Assembly: GCA_947503135.1 (NCBI GenBank)
Contig: CANNCQ010000002.1
Coordinates: 8,643-72,642 of the forward strand
Reading direction: 5' to 3'
DNA from: an uncultured Aquimarina sp.
Lineage (GTDB): Bacteria; Bacteroidota; Bacteroidia; Flavobacteriales; Flavobacteriaceae
Length of the DNA: 64,000 bases
Of the stretch, positions 1 through 11,477 are shown in pieces; position 1 is the first letter of the stretch, and each line of letters begins with the position of its first letter. The notes beneath the pieces are model-generated. The model made no database searches and was not told the DNA's origin. It was given only the letters and a program-made list of their open reading frames with translations. Made by a program: the position numbers and the translations under genes.

Positions 1-1317
1 TATGTGGCTAAAATGCTCAAAAACTACGTGTATTTAAATCCAGGGCTTACTATAATCTTTAATGGTGAAAAATTCTATTCTGAAAATGGGCTTAAAGACT
101 TGTTATCGGATAGTATTATTGATACAGATAGGCTTTATCCAATAATTCATTTACGAGGAGAAGATATAGAAGTAGCAATTACACATAGTAGAACGCAATA
201 CTCCGAAGAATATCATTCGTTTGTAAATGGACAAAATACCACGCAAGGAGGTACCCATTTAGCCGCTTTTAGAGAAGCTGTAGTAAAAACAATTCGAGAA
301 TACTACGGTAAAAATTACGAGGCGAGTGATATAAGAAAATCAATAGTTGCTGCAGTTAGCATTAAGGTAATGGAGCCTGTTTTTGAAAGTCAAACCAAAA
401 CAAAATTGGGGTCTACCGACATGGGAGGTGACTTACCAACGGTTCGAACTTATATAAATGATTTTGTAAAAAAATATTTAGATAATTTTCTTCATAAAAA
501 CAGTGATGTCGCCGAAGCATTACAACGCAAGATTTTGCAAGCAGAGCGCGAACGAAAAGAACTTTCTGGAATCAGAAAATTGGCGAAGGATCGTGCTAAA
601 AAAGCAAGCTTACACAATAAAAAATTACGTGATTGCCGAGTACATCTTGGCGATGCCAAAAATCCACGTAATTTAGAGAGCACCCTGTTTATAACCGAGG
701 GAGATTCTGCAAGTGGGTCCATAACCAAATCAAGAGACGTAAATACCCAAGCAGTTTTTAGCCTTAGAGGAAAGCCTTTGAATTGTTACAACATGAGCAA
801 AAAGATTGTTTATGAAAATGAAGAATTCAATTTATTACAAGCAGCGTTAAATATTGAGGAGTCTATGGAGGATCTTCGTTACAACAATATTGTAATAGCT
901 ACCGATGCCGATGTCGATGGAATGCATATTCGTTTGTTGCTAATTACCTTTTTTCTTCAGTTTTTTCCTGAGTTAATTAAAGAAGGGCATATTTATATAT
1001 TGCAAACTCCATTATTTCGTGTAAGAAATAAAAAGGAAACTATTTATTGTTATTCCGAACAAGAACGAATTGATGCGATTAATAAATTAGGAAATAAACC
1101 AGAAATTACTCGATTTAAAGGATTAGGAGAGATTTCTCCTGATGAATTTGTTCACTTTATAGGAGAAGATATTCGTTTAGATCCTTTAATGCTTGACAAG
1201 GATAAGTCGATAGAGGAGCTTTTAGAGTTTTATATGGGGAAGAATACCCCCGATAGGCAAAAATTTATTATCAATAATTTACGAGTAGAGTTAGATAAAA
1301 TAGAAGAAGCGGTATAA
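1..1317 (+). CDS. parE: DNA topoisomerase IV subunit B (ParE), 5'-truncated by the window edge
   Basis: Frame is open from nt 1. Type IIA topoisomerase B-subunit motifs are present: 'EGDSASGS' (EGDSAGG-type), 'LRGKPLN' and TOPRIM '[10 protein letters not shown]'. A ParC-type A subunit follows 6 nt downstream. Confidence 0.85.
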   Translation, partial: YVAKMLKNYVYLNPGLTIIFNGEKFYSENGLKDLLSDSIIDTDRLYPIIHLRGEDIEVAITHSRTQYSEEYHSFVNGQNTTQGGTHLAAFREAVVKTIREYYGKNYEASDIRKSIVAAVSIKVMEPVFESQTKTKLGSTDMGGDLPTVRTYINDFVKKYLDNFLHKNSDVAEALQRKILQAERERKELSGIRKLAKDRAKKASLHNKKLRDCRVHLGDAKNPRNLESTLFITEGDSASGSITKSRDVNTQAVFSLRGKPLNCYNMSKKIVYENEEFNLLQAALNIEESMEDLRYNNIVIATDADVDGMHIRLLLITFFLQFFPELIKEGHIYILQTPLFRVRNKKETIYCYSEQERIDAINKLGNKPEITRFKGLGEISPDEFVHFIGEDIRLDPLMLDKDKSIEELLEFYMGKNTPDRQKFIINNLRVELDKIEEAV

Positions 1318-1323
1318 GTTACT

Positions 1324-3945
1324 ATGGAAGAAAACTACGAAGAATTAAACCCAGAAGCTTCAGAAAACGCCATGGGCGAAGTAACCAAGAAAGTTACAGG
1401 AATGTACAAAGATTGGTTTTTAGATTATGCTTCTTATGTGATTTTGGAAAGAGCTGTACCAGCTATTGAAGATGGATTGAAACCTGTACAACGTCGTATT
1501 CTTCATTCTATGAAAGAGCTGGACGATGGTCGTTACAATAAAGTAGCCAATATTGTTGGGCATACTATGCAATATCACCCGCATGGTGATATGAGTATTT
1601 CGGATGCCATGGTACAAGTAGGACAAAAAGAGTTGCTTATCGATATGCAAGGGAACTGGGGAAATATTCTTACAGGCGATCGTGCTGCAGCATCTCGTTA
1701 CATTGAAGCCCGACTTTCTAAATTTGCACTTGATGTAGTTTTTAATCCAAAAATTACCGATTGGCAATCATCTTACGATGGTCGGAAAAAGGAGCCTATT
1801 AATTTGCCAATAATGTTTCCTTTATTATTAGCACAAGGTGCAGAGGGGATTGCCGTAGGTTTGAGTACTAAAATATTACCACATAATTTTTTGGAATTAA
1901 TAGATGCTTCTATAAAGCATTTAAAAGGAAAGAAATTTACAATATATCCTGATTTTCCTACTTCAGGAATCGCGGATGTTTCAAATTACAACGACGGATT
2001 ACGTGGTGGTAAAGTACGTGTTCGTGCTAAAATTGAACAACAAGATAAAACCCATTTAGTAATTACCGAAATCCCATTTTCAACAACGACTACGAGTCTT
2101 ATTGAATCGGTTTTAAAAGCAAACGAAAAAGGTAAAATTAAAATAAAGAAAATTGAAGACAATACCGCAGCCAAAGTTGAGATTTTAATTCATTTGCCTA
2201 GTAATGTTTCTCCTGATAAAACCATTGATGCACTGTATGCTTTCACTAATTGTGAAGTGTCAATATCACCATTAGGATGTGTTATTGAAGAAAATACCCC
2301 ACATTTTATTGGGGTTTCAGAAATGTTACGACGTAGTACAAATAATACGGTTGAACTTTTAAAATTAGAATTACAAATTCAGCTAAATGAGCTACAAGAG
2401 CAATGGCACTTTGCTTCTTTAGAACGTATTTTTATCGAAAATAGAATTTATCGTGATATTGAGGAAGTAGAAACTTGGCCTGGGGTAATCGAAGCTATTG
2501 ATAAAGGACTTCAACCTCATATTACGCATTTAAAACGGGCCATAACCGAAGAGGATATTACCCGTTTAACAGAAATACGAATTAAACGTATTTCGAAGTT
2601 CGATATTGATAAAGCGCAACAAAAAATTGATGCTTTAGAAGGTGAAATTGCAGAAAAAAAGCATCATTTAGAACATTTAATTGATTATGCGATTAGCTAT
2701 TTTGATCGATTAAAGAAAACTTACGGTAAAGGTAAAGAGCGCCAAACAGAGCTTCGATTATTTGAAGACATAGAAGCAACTAAAGTTGTAATGCGAAACA
2801 TTAAGCTTTACGTAAACAAAGCAGAAGGTTTTGTAGGAACGTCACTTAAAAAAGATGAATATGTGGCCGATTGTGCCGATATTGATGACGTTATTTGCTT
2901 TACGAAAGAAGGAAAATTAATTGTGTCTCGAGTGGGCTCTAAAACCTTTATAGGTAAAAACATTATTCACGTTGCTGTATTTAAGAAGAAAGACAAGCGT
3001 ACGGTGTATAATATGATTTATAAGGATGGAAAAGGCGGAGCTTCTTTTGTAAAACGCTTCTCAGTTACATCAATAACACGTGATAAAGAATATGACTTAA
3101 CGCAAGGCAAAAAAGGGTCTGAAGTGCTTTATTTTACAGCAAATCCCAATGGGGAAGCGGAAGTAGTTTCTATTTATTTAAGGCAAGTAGGAAGTATTAA
3201 AAAATTAAATTTCGAATTGGATTTCTCGGACTTATTAATCAAAGGGCGTGGAGTAAAAGGGAACACTGTTTCCAAATATCCAATAAAGAAAATAGATCTT
3301 AAAAAAGAGGGTGTTTCTACTTTACAGGCGCGTAAAATATGGTTTGATGACACGGTTAGAAGGATTAATGTAGATGGTAGGGGAGAACTTATAGGTGAGT
3401 TTGAAGGAGAAGACAAGCTTTTAATTATTAATCAAAAAGGGGAAGTAAAAACAATTACTCCGGAAGTAACACTTCATTTTGATAGTAATATGATTGTATT
3501 GGAAAAATGGATACCTCAAAAACCAATTTCAGCGATTCATTATGATGGTGAAAAAGAAAAGTATTATATCAAACGTTTTCTAATAGAAAATGTAAATAAA
3601 GAGGAAACGATTATAACAGATCATGAGAATTCGTTTTTGGAGTTGGTGTCCACAGATTATCTACCTCAAATTGAAATTATTTTTAATAAATTAAGAGGAA
3701 AAGATCAAAAACCAGCGCAAATAGTTAATGTAGCAGAGTTTATTTCTGTTAAGGGAATAAAGGCTGTGGGGAATCAACTAACATCGGAAAAGGTTAAACA
3801 AATTAACCTGTTAGAGCCCATTTTATATGAAGAAGAAATTGTGGAAAATGAAATAATTTCAGAAAAAGGTAGTGATTCAGAATCCTTAAACGATGAAAAT
3901 TCGATAGAAAAAGATGAAAATGATGGTCAAACAGCTTTATTTTAA
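1324..3945 (+). CDS. parC: DNA topoisomerase IV subunit A (ParC)
   Basis: 'DGLKPVQRRILHSM' and the catalytic-Tyr segment 'AASRYIEARL' of type IIA A subunits. No GyrA box (QRRGGKG) seen. Adjacent to parE. 873 aa with an acidic C-terminal tail. Confidence 0.85.
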   Translation: MEENYEELNPEASENAMGEVTKKVTGMYKDWFLDYASYVILERAVPAIEDGLKPVQRRILHSMKELDDGRYNKVANIVGHTMQYHPHGDMSISDAMVQVGQKELLIDMQGNWGNILTGDRAAASRYIEARLSKFALDVVFNPKITDWQSSYDGRKKEPINLPIMFPLLLAQGAEGIAVGLSTKILPHNFLELIDASIKHLKGKKFTIYPDFPTSGIADVSNYNDGLRGGKVRVRAKIEQQDKTHLVITEIPFSTTTTSLIESVLKANEKGKIKIKKIEDNTAAKVEILIHLPSNVSPDKTIDALYAFTNCEVSISPLGCVIEENTPHFIGVSEMLRRSTNNTVELLKLELQIQLNELQEQWHFASLERIFIENRIYRDIEEVETWPGVIEAIDKGLQPHITHLKRAITEEDITRLTEIRIKRISKFDIDKAQQKIDALEGEIAEKKHHLEHLIDYAISYFDRLKKTYGKGKERQTELRLFEDIEATKVVMRNIKLYVNKAEGFVGTSLKKDEYVADCADIDDVICFTKEGKLIVSRVGSKTFIGKNIIHVAVFKKKDKRTVYNMIYKDGKGGASFVKRFSVTSITRDKEYDLTQGKKGSEVLYFTANPNGEAEVVSIYLRQVGSIKKLNFELDFSDLLIKGRGVKGNTVSKYPIKKIDLKKEGVSTLQARKIWFDDTVRRINVDGRGELIGEFEGEDKLLIINQKGEVKTITPEVTLHFDSNMIVLEKWIPQKPISAIHYDGEKEKYYIKRFLIENVNKEETIITDHENSFLELVSTDYLPQIEIIFNKLRGKDQKPAQIVNVAEFISVKGIKAVGNQLTSEKVKQINLLEPILYEEEIVENEIISEKGSDSESLNDENSIEKDENDGQTALF

Positions 3946-4009
3946 ATGAAAAATAAGGTTTTTTTATTTTTTGTATTAAAATTAACACAGTTGGTATTTA
4001 AGTTGTAAC

Positions 4010-5530
4010 TTGTTTAACGTTATGGAAACTCAAATAAAAGCATTAAATGAAGTATTGGTGTCGCAGTTAAATGCCTATTGTGTGCGTTTAGATTTGTCCT
4101 ACAATATTATAGATGCTTTTGGATGCATTGAAACTTTAGGATTTAGTAAAATAAATAAGTATTCAAATATTTTTAAATCATTACCAACTCCTATTTCCGA
4201 AAGTTTATTAGAGTCTATACAAACCAATTTAAGAACAAATGCAACAGAGAAAGTTGAGGTTACTTACGCCGATATAAATCAAAAGCAAAAGAAAGTTAAG
4301 GTTATTTCGAGTTTAGTTGATTCAGATAAAGAAGTTTATTTTTTGGTAACATTTATACCGTTGACCATTGTTGATGACGAAATCACAAAAATTAATAACG
4401 GCTACGAATCTTTTGAAGAGGCACGTCGGAAATTAGAATTTAGCGAAAATAGATATACGTCTTTTTTTGAAAATGATCCTGTAATGCATTTTAGTGTAAA
4501 TCCAGCCACTGGTTTAATAGCAGATTGCAATAAATATTCCGTTAATAAAATAGGGGTTTCGAGTAAAGAGGAAATTATAGGGAAACCGATATACACTATT
4601 TTTACAGACGACAAGTACGATCGCTGTTTATTTTTATTAGATAAATTCAAGAAAGAAGGATTTCTGGATAGCGAGGAGATGGAAATGAAAACAAAATCGG
4701 GAGGTTCAATACCTGTAATTTTGTATACCACAGCTCAGCGTGATGAAAATGGTAAAATACTTCTTAGTCGTTCTACTTTAGTAGATATTTCTGAACTAAA
4801 AAACACACAAAAAAGATTAAACCAAAAGCATATTCGTTTGGAGAATATGAATAGAGAGTTAGAGCAATTTGTATCGACTTGTTCGCACGATCTACAAGAG
4901 CCTTTGGCTACCATAAAATTTGCAAATGATTTAATAGGGAAATTATACGGTGAAAAATTAGATACTAAAGGAAAAGATTACGTTAGGTATGTTGACGAGG
5001 CCGTTGATAGATTAACAAAGCAAATACGTTCGTTACTTTCTCATATTCGTATTGGTCAAAATGCAGAGCGTATAACAATTGATACCAATCAACTTGTTGA
5101 AACGGTACTTAAAGATTTAGGTAAAAGTATATCGAGTTCAAAGGCAACAATTACCATAAAAAAAACACTACCAACAATTAAAGCGTATAGAGTTGAGTTG
5201 CGGTTACTCTTTCAAAATTTAATTTCTAATGCCATTAAATATGGTAAGGAAGGTGTAGCCCCGGAAATTGAAATAACATCGAGCAGCAATGCCAATTATA
5301 CGATATTTTCAATTAAAGATAATGGTATTGGGATTAGTGAATTGGATCAAAAAGAAATCTTTAAAATATTTAATAGAGTCAATGAACAAAGTCCGCATAA
5401 AGGTGATGGTGTTGGCTTAGCACATTGCGAAAAAATTGTTCGAATGCATGAGGGAGATATTTCTATTGATTCGAAACCAGGTAAAGGCAGTACGTTTACT
5501 TTTAAATTAAAAAAGGATTATTTATTATAA
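4010..5530 (+). CDS. PAS-domain sensor histidine kinase (orphan; no adjacent response regulator)
   Basis: HisKA H-box 'FVSTCSHDLQEPL'. HATPase_c boxes 'LISNAIKYG', 'DNGIGI' and 'GDGVGL'. PAS-like segment before a coiled-coil linker. Start is TTG at 4010 or ATG at 4022. Confidence 0.85.
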   Translation: MFNVMETQIKALNEVLVSQLNAYCVRLDLSYNIIDAFGCIETLGFSKINKYSNIFKSLPTPISESLLESIQTNLRTNATEKVEVTYADINQKQKKVKVISSLVDSDKEVYFLVTFIPLTIVDDEITKINNGYESFEEARRKLEFSENRYTSFFENDPVMHFSVNPATGLIADCNKYSVNKIGVSSKEEIIGKPIYTIFTDDKYDRCLFLLDKFKKEGFLDSEEMEMKTKSGGSIPVILYTTAQRDENGKILLSRSTLVDISELKNTQKRLNQKHIRLENMNRELEQFVSTCSHDLQEPLATIKFANDLIGKLYGEKLDTKGKDYVRYVDEAVDRLTKQIRSLLSHIRIGQNAERITIDTNQLVETVLKDLGKSISSSKATITIKKTLPTIKAYRVELRLLFQNLISNAIKYGKEGVAPEIEITSSSNANYTIFSIKDNGIGISELDQKEIFKIFNRVNEQSPHKGDGVGLAHCEKIVRMHEGDISIDSKPGKGSTFTFKLKKDYLL

Positions 5531-5594
5531 TTAGATCTAAAATTATATAGATAAAATACCTTGTTTTTATTTCTTTGCAACCTAATTCTTGTAA

Positions 5595-6650
5595 ATGAAA
5601 ATTTTAGTTATTCAGCAAAAAATGATAGGCGATGTTTTGACGAGCACAATAATTTGTGAGAGTCTCAAAAAAAAACATCCTGAATCTGAAATTCATTATT
5701 TAATAAATTCCAATACAATTCCTGTAGTTCAAAATAATCCCTATATAGATTATATAGTTGAGTTTACTGATGTTTATCACAACAATAAACTTGAGTTTTA
5801 TTCTTTTTTAAAGACTATAAAAAATAAAAATTACGATTGGGTTATTGATGTTTATGGAAAAATTGAAAGTAATTTAATTACTCTTTTTTCAGGTGCAAAA
5901 AAGAAGACTTCTTATAAAAAATGGTATACCTCTTTTTTGTATACCGATTTAATAATTCGACAAAACAAAAAACAAACCAACTCTGGTTTGGCTATTGAAA
6001 ACAGATTAAGATTAGTAGTTGATGACGATCAAATTGAGAAAAATGATATTCGACCTCAGGTTTTTTTAACGAAAAAAGAAATTGATAAAGCTAAAAGTCA
6101 TTTAGAAAAAGCAGGTGTTGACTTCAATATTCCTATAGTTATGATAAGTGTTTTAGGAAGTGGAACAAACAAAACCTTACCTTTTGAGTATATGGCAAAG
6201 ACTATAGATAATGTAGTTACAACTGTAAAGTGTACGATTCTCTATAACTATATTCCACCGCAGTCTGATGATGCTAAAAAAGTTTTAAATTTTTGTGCAG
6301 ATAGCACTAAAGCACACACTAGATTTGATGTTTTTGGTAAAAGCTTAAGAGAGTTTTTAGCAATTTTATATCATTGTAAATTTTTGATAGGAAATGAAGG
6401 AGGTGCTGTAAACATGGCAAAAGCGTTACAAGTTCCTACATTTACTATATTTTCGCCATGGATTGAAAAAGAGGGATGGAATCTTTTTGAAAGCGAACAA
6501 AACGTTTCTGTACATTTAAAGGATTTTTTACCTGAGTTATACACAAAGCCTGAAAAGGGATATAAAAAGCAAGTACTAGAAATGTATGAGGAATTTACGC
6601 CCAATTTGTATGAGGTGAAATTATTAGATTTCTTAAAAAAGAATCGGTAA
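5595..6650 (+). CDS. Glycosyltransferase family 9 (LPS heptosyltransferase-like)
   Basis: N-terminus 'MKILVIQQKMIGDVLTSTIICESLKKKHPESEIHYL' is the typical GT9 start. C-terminal 'GNEGGAVNMAKAL' is a GT-B nucleotide-sugar binding region. Confidence 0.75.
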   Translation: MKILVIQQKMIGDVLTSTIICESLKKKHPESEIHYLINSNTIPVVQNNPYIDYIVEFTDVYHNNKLEFYSFLKTIKNKNYDWVIDVYGKIESNLITLFSGAKKKTSYKKWYTSFLYTDLIIRQNKKQTNSGLAIENRLRLVVDDDQIEKNDIRPQVFLTKKEIDKAKSHLEKAGVDFNIPIVMISVLGSGTNKTLPFEYMAKTIDNVVTTVKCTILYNYIPPQSDDAKKVLNFCADSTKAHTRFDVFGKSLREFLAILYHCKFLIGNEGGAVNMAKALQVPTFTIFSPWIEKEGWNLFESEQNVSVHLKDFLPELYTKPEKGYKKQVLEMYEEFTPNLYEVKLLDFLKKNR

Positions 6651-6668
6651 TTAAAATTAAAATAGGAC

Positions 6669-7499
6669 TTAGCGATTATTTTTTCTCCAAAATAAAAAGG
6701 TCTTTTTTAACCTTTTCTTTCGAAAGAATTTTTCTTGAAATTTTGATGTCTCAGCCCACATTGTGGAGAAAACCTTTTGGTAATTAACACCTGTAATTTT
6801 TGAATACTCGTCGCTCATCACACCTACCATTTCTTCTTTAGGTGTTAACCTCGAAAAGTTTTTCATACGCTCTAAAAAACTAAGCTCTTTAAAATTCATT
6901 CTATTTAAGTCGACTAAATAAAAATGATATTTATTGTTTGTTTTTTTTATAAGTGTATTACCAGGGGAGTGGTCATTGAATAAGATATTGCTTTCATGCA
7001 GACTATGTGTAAAATGTACAAATTGTCTTAAAATAGTTTCATGCTCACTATAATTGGGCTCTTCTACTAATTCTCTATAAGTTAGGTCCGCATTTATATG
7101 TTCACTAATGTAATAGCTTTCTTTGAGACCGAAGAAATTACTGTTTTCAAAATAGGCAATAGGCTGCGGAGTACCAATTTCTTTTTTTGATAGTAATTTC
7201 GCGTATTTAAAAGAACGTTCAGCTTTAGATTTTCGTATATATTTATACACAAAACTATTAAAAGCTTTCGGTACCTTGAAGGATTTTATGTTTAGTTTAG
7301 TGCCTTTAAAGTCAACTACTCTTATAGTATTTCTATTTTGATTTCCAAAAACTTCTCCAGTAGAATTAAAATTGAACAGTAACTGTTCAATTTCATCTTT
7401 ATGTTTCTGAAAATTGTTTGTTAATTTAAAAACTACCATAGGTTGTATGCTAAACTTAATATTAAATTTTGAACCAATTACTAGTTTAGTTACTTGCAA
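6669..7499 (-). CDS. Kdo/WaaP (InaA) family lipopolysaccharide kinase-like protein
   Basis: Kinase-like catalytic loop 'HSPGNTLI' and 'DLNRM'. Overall pattern resembles flavobacterial 'Kdo domain' proteins. Its start overlaps the metH stop by 14 nt. Confidence 0.6.
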   Translation of the reverse strand: MQVTKLVIGSKFNIKFSIQPMVVFKLTNNFQKHKDEIEQLLFNFNSTGEVFGNQNRNTIRVVDFKGTKLNIKSFKVPKAFNSFVYKYIRKSKAERSFKYAKLLSKKEIGTPQPIAYFENSNFFGLKESYYISEHINADLTYRELVEEPNYSEHETILRQFVHFTHSLHESNILFNDHSPGNTLIKKTNNKYHFYLVDLNRMNFKELSFLERMKNFSRLTPKEEMVGVMSDEYSKITGVNYQKVFSTMWAETSKFQEKFFRKKRLKKTFLFWRKNNR

Positions 7500-10173
7500 T
7501 ATTAGGGTTCAACCATTTTTCGGCAAGACTAAGTGCTATATTTTTTCGTTCCGCAAAATCCTTTACCTGATCGTTCTTAATTTTTCCTAAACCGAAATAA
7601 CGAGCCTCTTCATTACCAAAATAATAACCTGATACGGAAGCAGCCGGCCACATCGCTATGCTTTCGGTAAGTTCCACTCCAATGCGTTCTTTTACTTGAA
7701 GTACTTCCCATATAGTTAATTTTTCTAGGTGATCCGGGCAAGCAGGATATCCTGGTGCAGGCCTAATACCTTTATAATTTTCTTTAATTAACTCTTCGTT
7801 GCTAAGGCCTTCATTGGCAGCATATCCCCAATCTTGTAAACGTATTTTTTTATGTAAAAATTCTGCGTAAGCTTCAGCAAAACGATCGGCCAATGCTTTA
7901 ATCATAATGGAATTGTAATCGTCCAAATTGTCCTGAAATTCTTTTGCTTTAGCCTCAGTACCAAAACCTGTGGTTACACAAAAGGCACCCATGTAATCTT
8001 TTTTTCCAGAGGATTTGGGGGCAATATAATCGGACAACGCAAAATTAGGTTTGCCAGCGTGCTTTTTCAATTGTTGACGTAGCGTTCTAAAGATTGCTTT
8101 TTTATCACCATCGTAAGTGATTTCAATATCATCATCATTTTCTAAAGTATTGGCCTCAAATAGTCCAAAAATAGCTTTCGCTGTAAGCCATTTTTCATCT
8201 AGAATTTGATTCAGCATTTCTTGGGCATCGGCAAAGAGTTCCGTTGCTTGTTCGCCAACAACTTTATCGGTTAAAATTGCAGGATATTTTCCGTGTAAAT
8301 CCCACGATCTAAAAAATGGTGTCCAATCTATAAAATCTACAAGTTCGCGCAAATCTTGATTTTCAATAACTTGAATTCCTAGTTTGTTAGGTTTTGTTAT
8401 TTGAGAATTTTCCCAGTCAATTTGATATTTGTTTTTTCGAGCATTTTGTAAAGAGAGGTATTCTTTTTTCTTGGTACGCTTTAAAAATTGAATTCTAAAA
8501 GCATCATAATCTGCTTTAAGGTCAGAAATGTATTTTTCTTTGGTTTCCTCTTTTAACAAATCACCAACCACAGTAACCGCCCTAGATGCATCGTTTACAT
8601 GTACCACAGATCCATCGTATTCAGGATCAATTTTAACTGCGGTATGGGCTTTACTAGTTGTAGCACCACCAATTAGTAAGGGTATTTCAAAATTTTTACG
8701 CTTCATTTCTTTAGCGATATACACCATTTCATCTAAGGAAGGCGTAATAAGCCCACTTAAACCAATAGCATCCACATTTTCCTGTATGGCAGTTTCTATA
8801 ATTTTTTCAGGAGGTACCATAACGCCTAAATCCACAATTTCGTAATTGTTACATGCTAGTACTACCGAAACAATATTTTTACCAATATCGTGTACATCGC
8901 CCTTTACGGTTGCCATTAATATTTTTCCGGCAGCTTCTTGTTTTCCTGATTTTTCAGCTTCTATAAACGGTAGTAGGTAAGCTACAGCTTTTTTCATTAC
9001 ACGAGCCGACTTCACTACTTGCGGCAGAAACATTTTTCCTTCCCCAAATAAATCACCCACCACGTTCATCCCTACCATAAGGTTATCTTCAATAACTTCG
9101 ATAGGGCGATTTTTAGTTAACCGAGCTTCTTCTACATCCTCTACTATAAATTGATCTATACCTTTAACTAAGGCACGAGTAATGCGATCCTGCAATCCGT
9201 CCTCTCTCCACGATAAGTCTGGGCCACTTTGTTTTTTTCCGTCACCTTTTACGGTTTCGGCAAAGTCAAGTAAACGTTCGGTAGCATCATCACGACGGTT
9301 TAAAATTACGTCTTCCACATACTCCAATAAATCTTTAGGGATATCATCGTAAACCTCCAACATTGTAGGATTTACAATTCCCATATTCATACCAGCTTTA
9401 ATGGCATGAAATAAAAACACGGAGTGCATAGCTTCTCTTACAGGATTGTTTCCTCTAAAAGAGAAAGAAACATTACTTACCCCACCACTAACACTACAGT
9501 GAGGTAAATTTTCACGCACCCAGCGTGTTGCTTCAATAAAATCAATGGCATTTAGCTTGTGCTCATCCATTCCTGTAGCAACAGGGAATATGTTAAGATC
9601 AAAAATAATATCTTCTGGTGCAAAGTTTACCTCATCTACCAATATGCGGTAAGATCGCTCTGCAATTTCTATTCGGCGATCGTAATTGTCCGCTTGACCC
9701 ACTTCGTCAAATGCCATTACAATTACCGCTGCCCCATAGCGTTTTATTAGCTTGGCATCTTTTACAAACTTATCTTTTCCTTCTTTTAATGAAATAGAAT
9801 TTACAACACATTTACCTTGTACTACTTGTAATCCTGCTTCAATTATTTCCCATTTGGAGCTGTCAATCATTATAGGCACGCGGGCAATATCAGGTTCGGC
9901 CATTAAAAGATTTAAATACCTAACCATGGCTTCTTTTCCATCAATCAAACCATCATCCATATTAATATCGATGATTTGTGCTCCACCTTCTACTTGGTGG
10001 CGTGCCACATCCAATGCTTCATCAAATTTTTCTTCTTTAACTAGCCTAAGGAATCGTTTAGAACCCGCTACGTTTGTACGTTCTCCTACATTAATGAAAT
10101 TCATATTTTCATTAACAATCATAGGTTCCAAACCAGATAGTTTTAGGAAGCGTTTTTCGTTTTGATTACTCAT
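7486..10173 (-). CDS. metH: Methionine synthase, B12-dependent: pterin-binding, cobalamin-binding and AdoMet-activation modules (lacks the Hcy module)
   Basis: Begins at the pterin-module boundary ('LSGLEPMIV'). B12-binding motif '[11 protein letters not shown]' (DxHxxG). Activation domain '[12 protein letters not shown]'. 895 aa. Confidence 0.9.
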   Translation of the reverse strand: MSNQNEKRFLKLSGLEPMIVNENMNFINVGERTNVAGSKRFLRLVKEEKFDEALDVARHQVEGGAQIIDINMDDGLIDGKEAMVRYLNLLMAEPDIARVPIMIDSSKWEIIEAGLQVVQGKCVVNSISLKEGKDKFVKDAKLIKRYGAAVIVMAFDEVGQADNYDRRIEIAERSYRILVDEVNFAPEDIIFDLNIFPVATGMDEHKLNAIDFIEATRWVRENLPHCSVSGGVSNVSFSFRGNNPVREAMHSVFLFHAIKAGMNMGIVNPTMLEVYDDIPKDLLEYVEDVILNRRDDATERLLDFAETVKGDGKKQSGPDLSWREDGLQDRITRALVKGIDQFIVEDVEEARLTKNRPIEVIEDNLMVGMNVVGDLFGEGKMFLPQVVKSARVMKKAVAYLLPFIEAEKSGKQEAAGKILMATVKGDVHDIGKNIVSVVLACNNYEIVDLGVMVPPEKIIETAIQENVDAIGLSGLITPSLDEMVYIAKEMKRKNFEIPLLIGGATTSKAHTAVKIDPEYDGSVVHVNDASRAVTVVGDLLKEETKEKYISDLKADYDAFRIQFLKRTKKKEYLSLQNARKNKYQIDWENSQITKPNKLGIQVIENQDLRELVDFIDWTPFFRSWDLHGKYPAILTDKVVGEQATELFADAQEMLNQILDEKWLTAKAIFGLFEANTLENDDDIEITYDGDKKAIFRTLRQQLKKHAGKPNFALSDYIAPKSSGKKDYMGAFCVTTGFGTEAKAKEFQDNLDDYNSIMIKALADRFAEAYAEFLHKKIRLQDWGYAANEGLSNEELIKENYKGIRPAPGYPACPDHLEKLTIWEVLQVKERIGVELTESIAMWPAASVSGYYFGNEEARYFGLGKIKNDQVKDFAERKNIALSLAEKWLNPNIASN

Positions 10174-10254
10174 AATTTAAAAGGGAATAGTTGCTAGGTA
10201 ATAGATTACCTAATTTAATGGTCATAATTTTTTAACAATATAGATCGTTCATAA

Positions 10255-11244
10255 TTAAACAATCCGAGGCTGATATTCAGCTGCCATATCGGCAATTGCT
10301 TTAATATGCTCTGGAGTGGTACCACAACACCCTCCAATAATATTAATTAGTTTTTTGTCTAAAAATTCTTTTATCTGAGCCGCCATTTGCTCTGGGGATT
10401 CATCGTATTCACCAAAAGCATTTGGTAGTCCGGCATTGGGGTGAGCCGATACATTGAATTCGGCATTTTTGGCTAGTACTTCCAAGTGAGGCGTAAGTTG
10501 GTTAGCACCCAAGGCACAGTTAAAACCTACACTAAGCATAGGTATGTGCGATATGGATACTAAAAAAGCTTCTGCGGTCTGGCCTGAAAGTGTTCGACCA
10601 CTAGCATCGGTAATAGTACCACTTACCATTATAGGGGTATCTATATTGCGTTCTTCATTTACTTCTTGAATAGCAAATAATGCCGCTTTTGCGTTTAAGG
10701 TATCAAATACCGTTTCTACTAATAATATATCGGCACCTCCGTCTAATAAGGCTTCTGTTTGTTGCTTGTAAGCAATGCGAAGGTCGTCAAAAGTAACGGC
10801 TCTATATCCAGGGTCATTAACATCGGGCGACATACTTGCAGTTCGGTTAGTTGGCCCTATGGAACCTGCAACAAACCTTGGCTTATCAGGGTTTTTTGCC
10901 GTGTACTCCTTGGCTACTTCCTTGGCTATTTTTGCAGACTCATAATTTAATTCATAAACCAAATCTTCCATACCATAATCTTCCATAGCAATGGTAGTGC
11001 CTGAGAAAGTATTGGTTTCCGCAATATCTGCCCCAGCTTCAAAATACAAAGCATGAATTTCTTTTATAGCCTCGGGTTGCGTAATACTAAGTAGATCATT
11101 GTTTCCCTGCAAAGGTTGTTTCCAATCTTTAAAACGTTCGCCACGATAATCTTCCTCTGTAAACTTATGACGTTGTATCATAGTTCCCATTGCACCATCA
11201 AGTATAAGAATGCGTTTTTTTAGTAAATCTTGAATTTTTGTCAT
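10255..11244 (-). CDS. Homocysteine S-methyltransferase domain protein (N-terminal Hcy-binding module of split MetH)
   Basis: 'ILDGAMGT', Zn-ligand regions 'GFNCALG' and '[11 protein letters not shown]'. 329 aa, matching the size of the MetH Hcy module. Lies 81 nt upstream of, and on the same strand as, the rest of metH. Confidence 0.88.
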   Translation of the reverse strand: MTKIQDLLKKRILILDGAMGTMIQRHKFTEEDYRGERFKDWKQPLQGNNDLLSITQPEAIKEIHALYFEAGADIAETNTFSGTTIAMEDYGMEDLVYELNYESAKIAKEVAKEYTAKNPDKPRFVAGSIGPTNRTASMSPDVNDPGYRAVTFDDLRIAYKQQTEALLDGGADILLVETVFDTLNAKAALFAIQEVNEERNIDTPIMVSGTITDASGRTLSGQTAEAFLVSISHIPMLSVGFNCALGANQLTPHLEVLAKNAEFNVSAHPNAGLPNAFGEYDESPEQMAAQIKEFLDKKLINIIGGCCGTTPEHIKAIADMAAEYQPRIV

Positions 11245-11477
11245 ACTTCTATGTCGGTTTTCTTTTGTTAGAATTACTACCGATTGTTTTCGATTTGCAA
11301 AGGTACGCCATAGCTATTTAGCTACCAAAACCCCTTATTTAAACTTGTTTTTAAAATAGATTTAAATTCAAGATATTAGATATGTATGTTACTACGATAT
11401 GCACTAAAATTATAATTATTCAAGGTAATTTAACTATTCATTTTCTTGTAAAATTGTGTAAATACAAAAAAACAAGT

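Noticed and set aside
8528-10165. + strand ORFs (105, 63 and 137 aa) inside metH
   Set aside because: They are antisense to a gene with unambiguous MetH motifs, have no recognisable features and are typical shadow ORFs.
11245-11380. Cobalamin or SAM-I (S-box) riboswitch upstream of metH
   Set aside because: No B12-box-like (AGYCMGgAgaCCkGCC-type) or S-box core sequence is visible, and the leader is too short and AT-rich for either class. It is kept only as an unclassified leader in the findings.
11382-11477. ORF-track N-terminal extension of the MscS gene (MYVTTICTKIIIIQGNLTIHF...)
   Set aside because: The extension lies in the divergent promoter region, has an odd composition, and the internal ATG at 11478 gives a normal MscS N-terminus.
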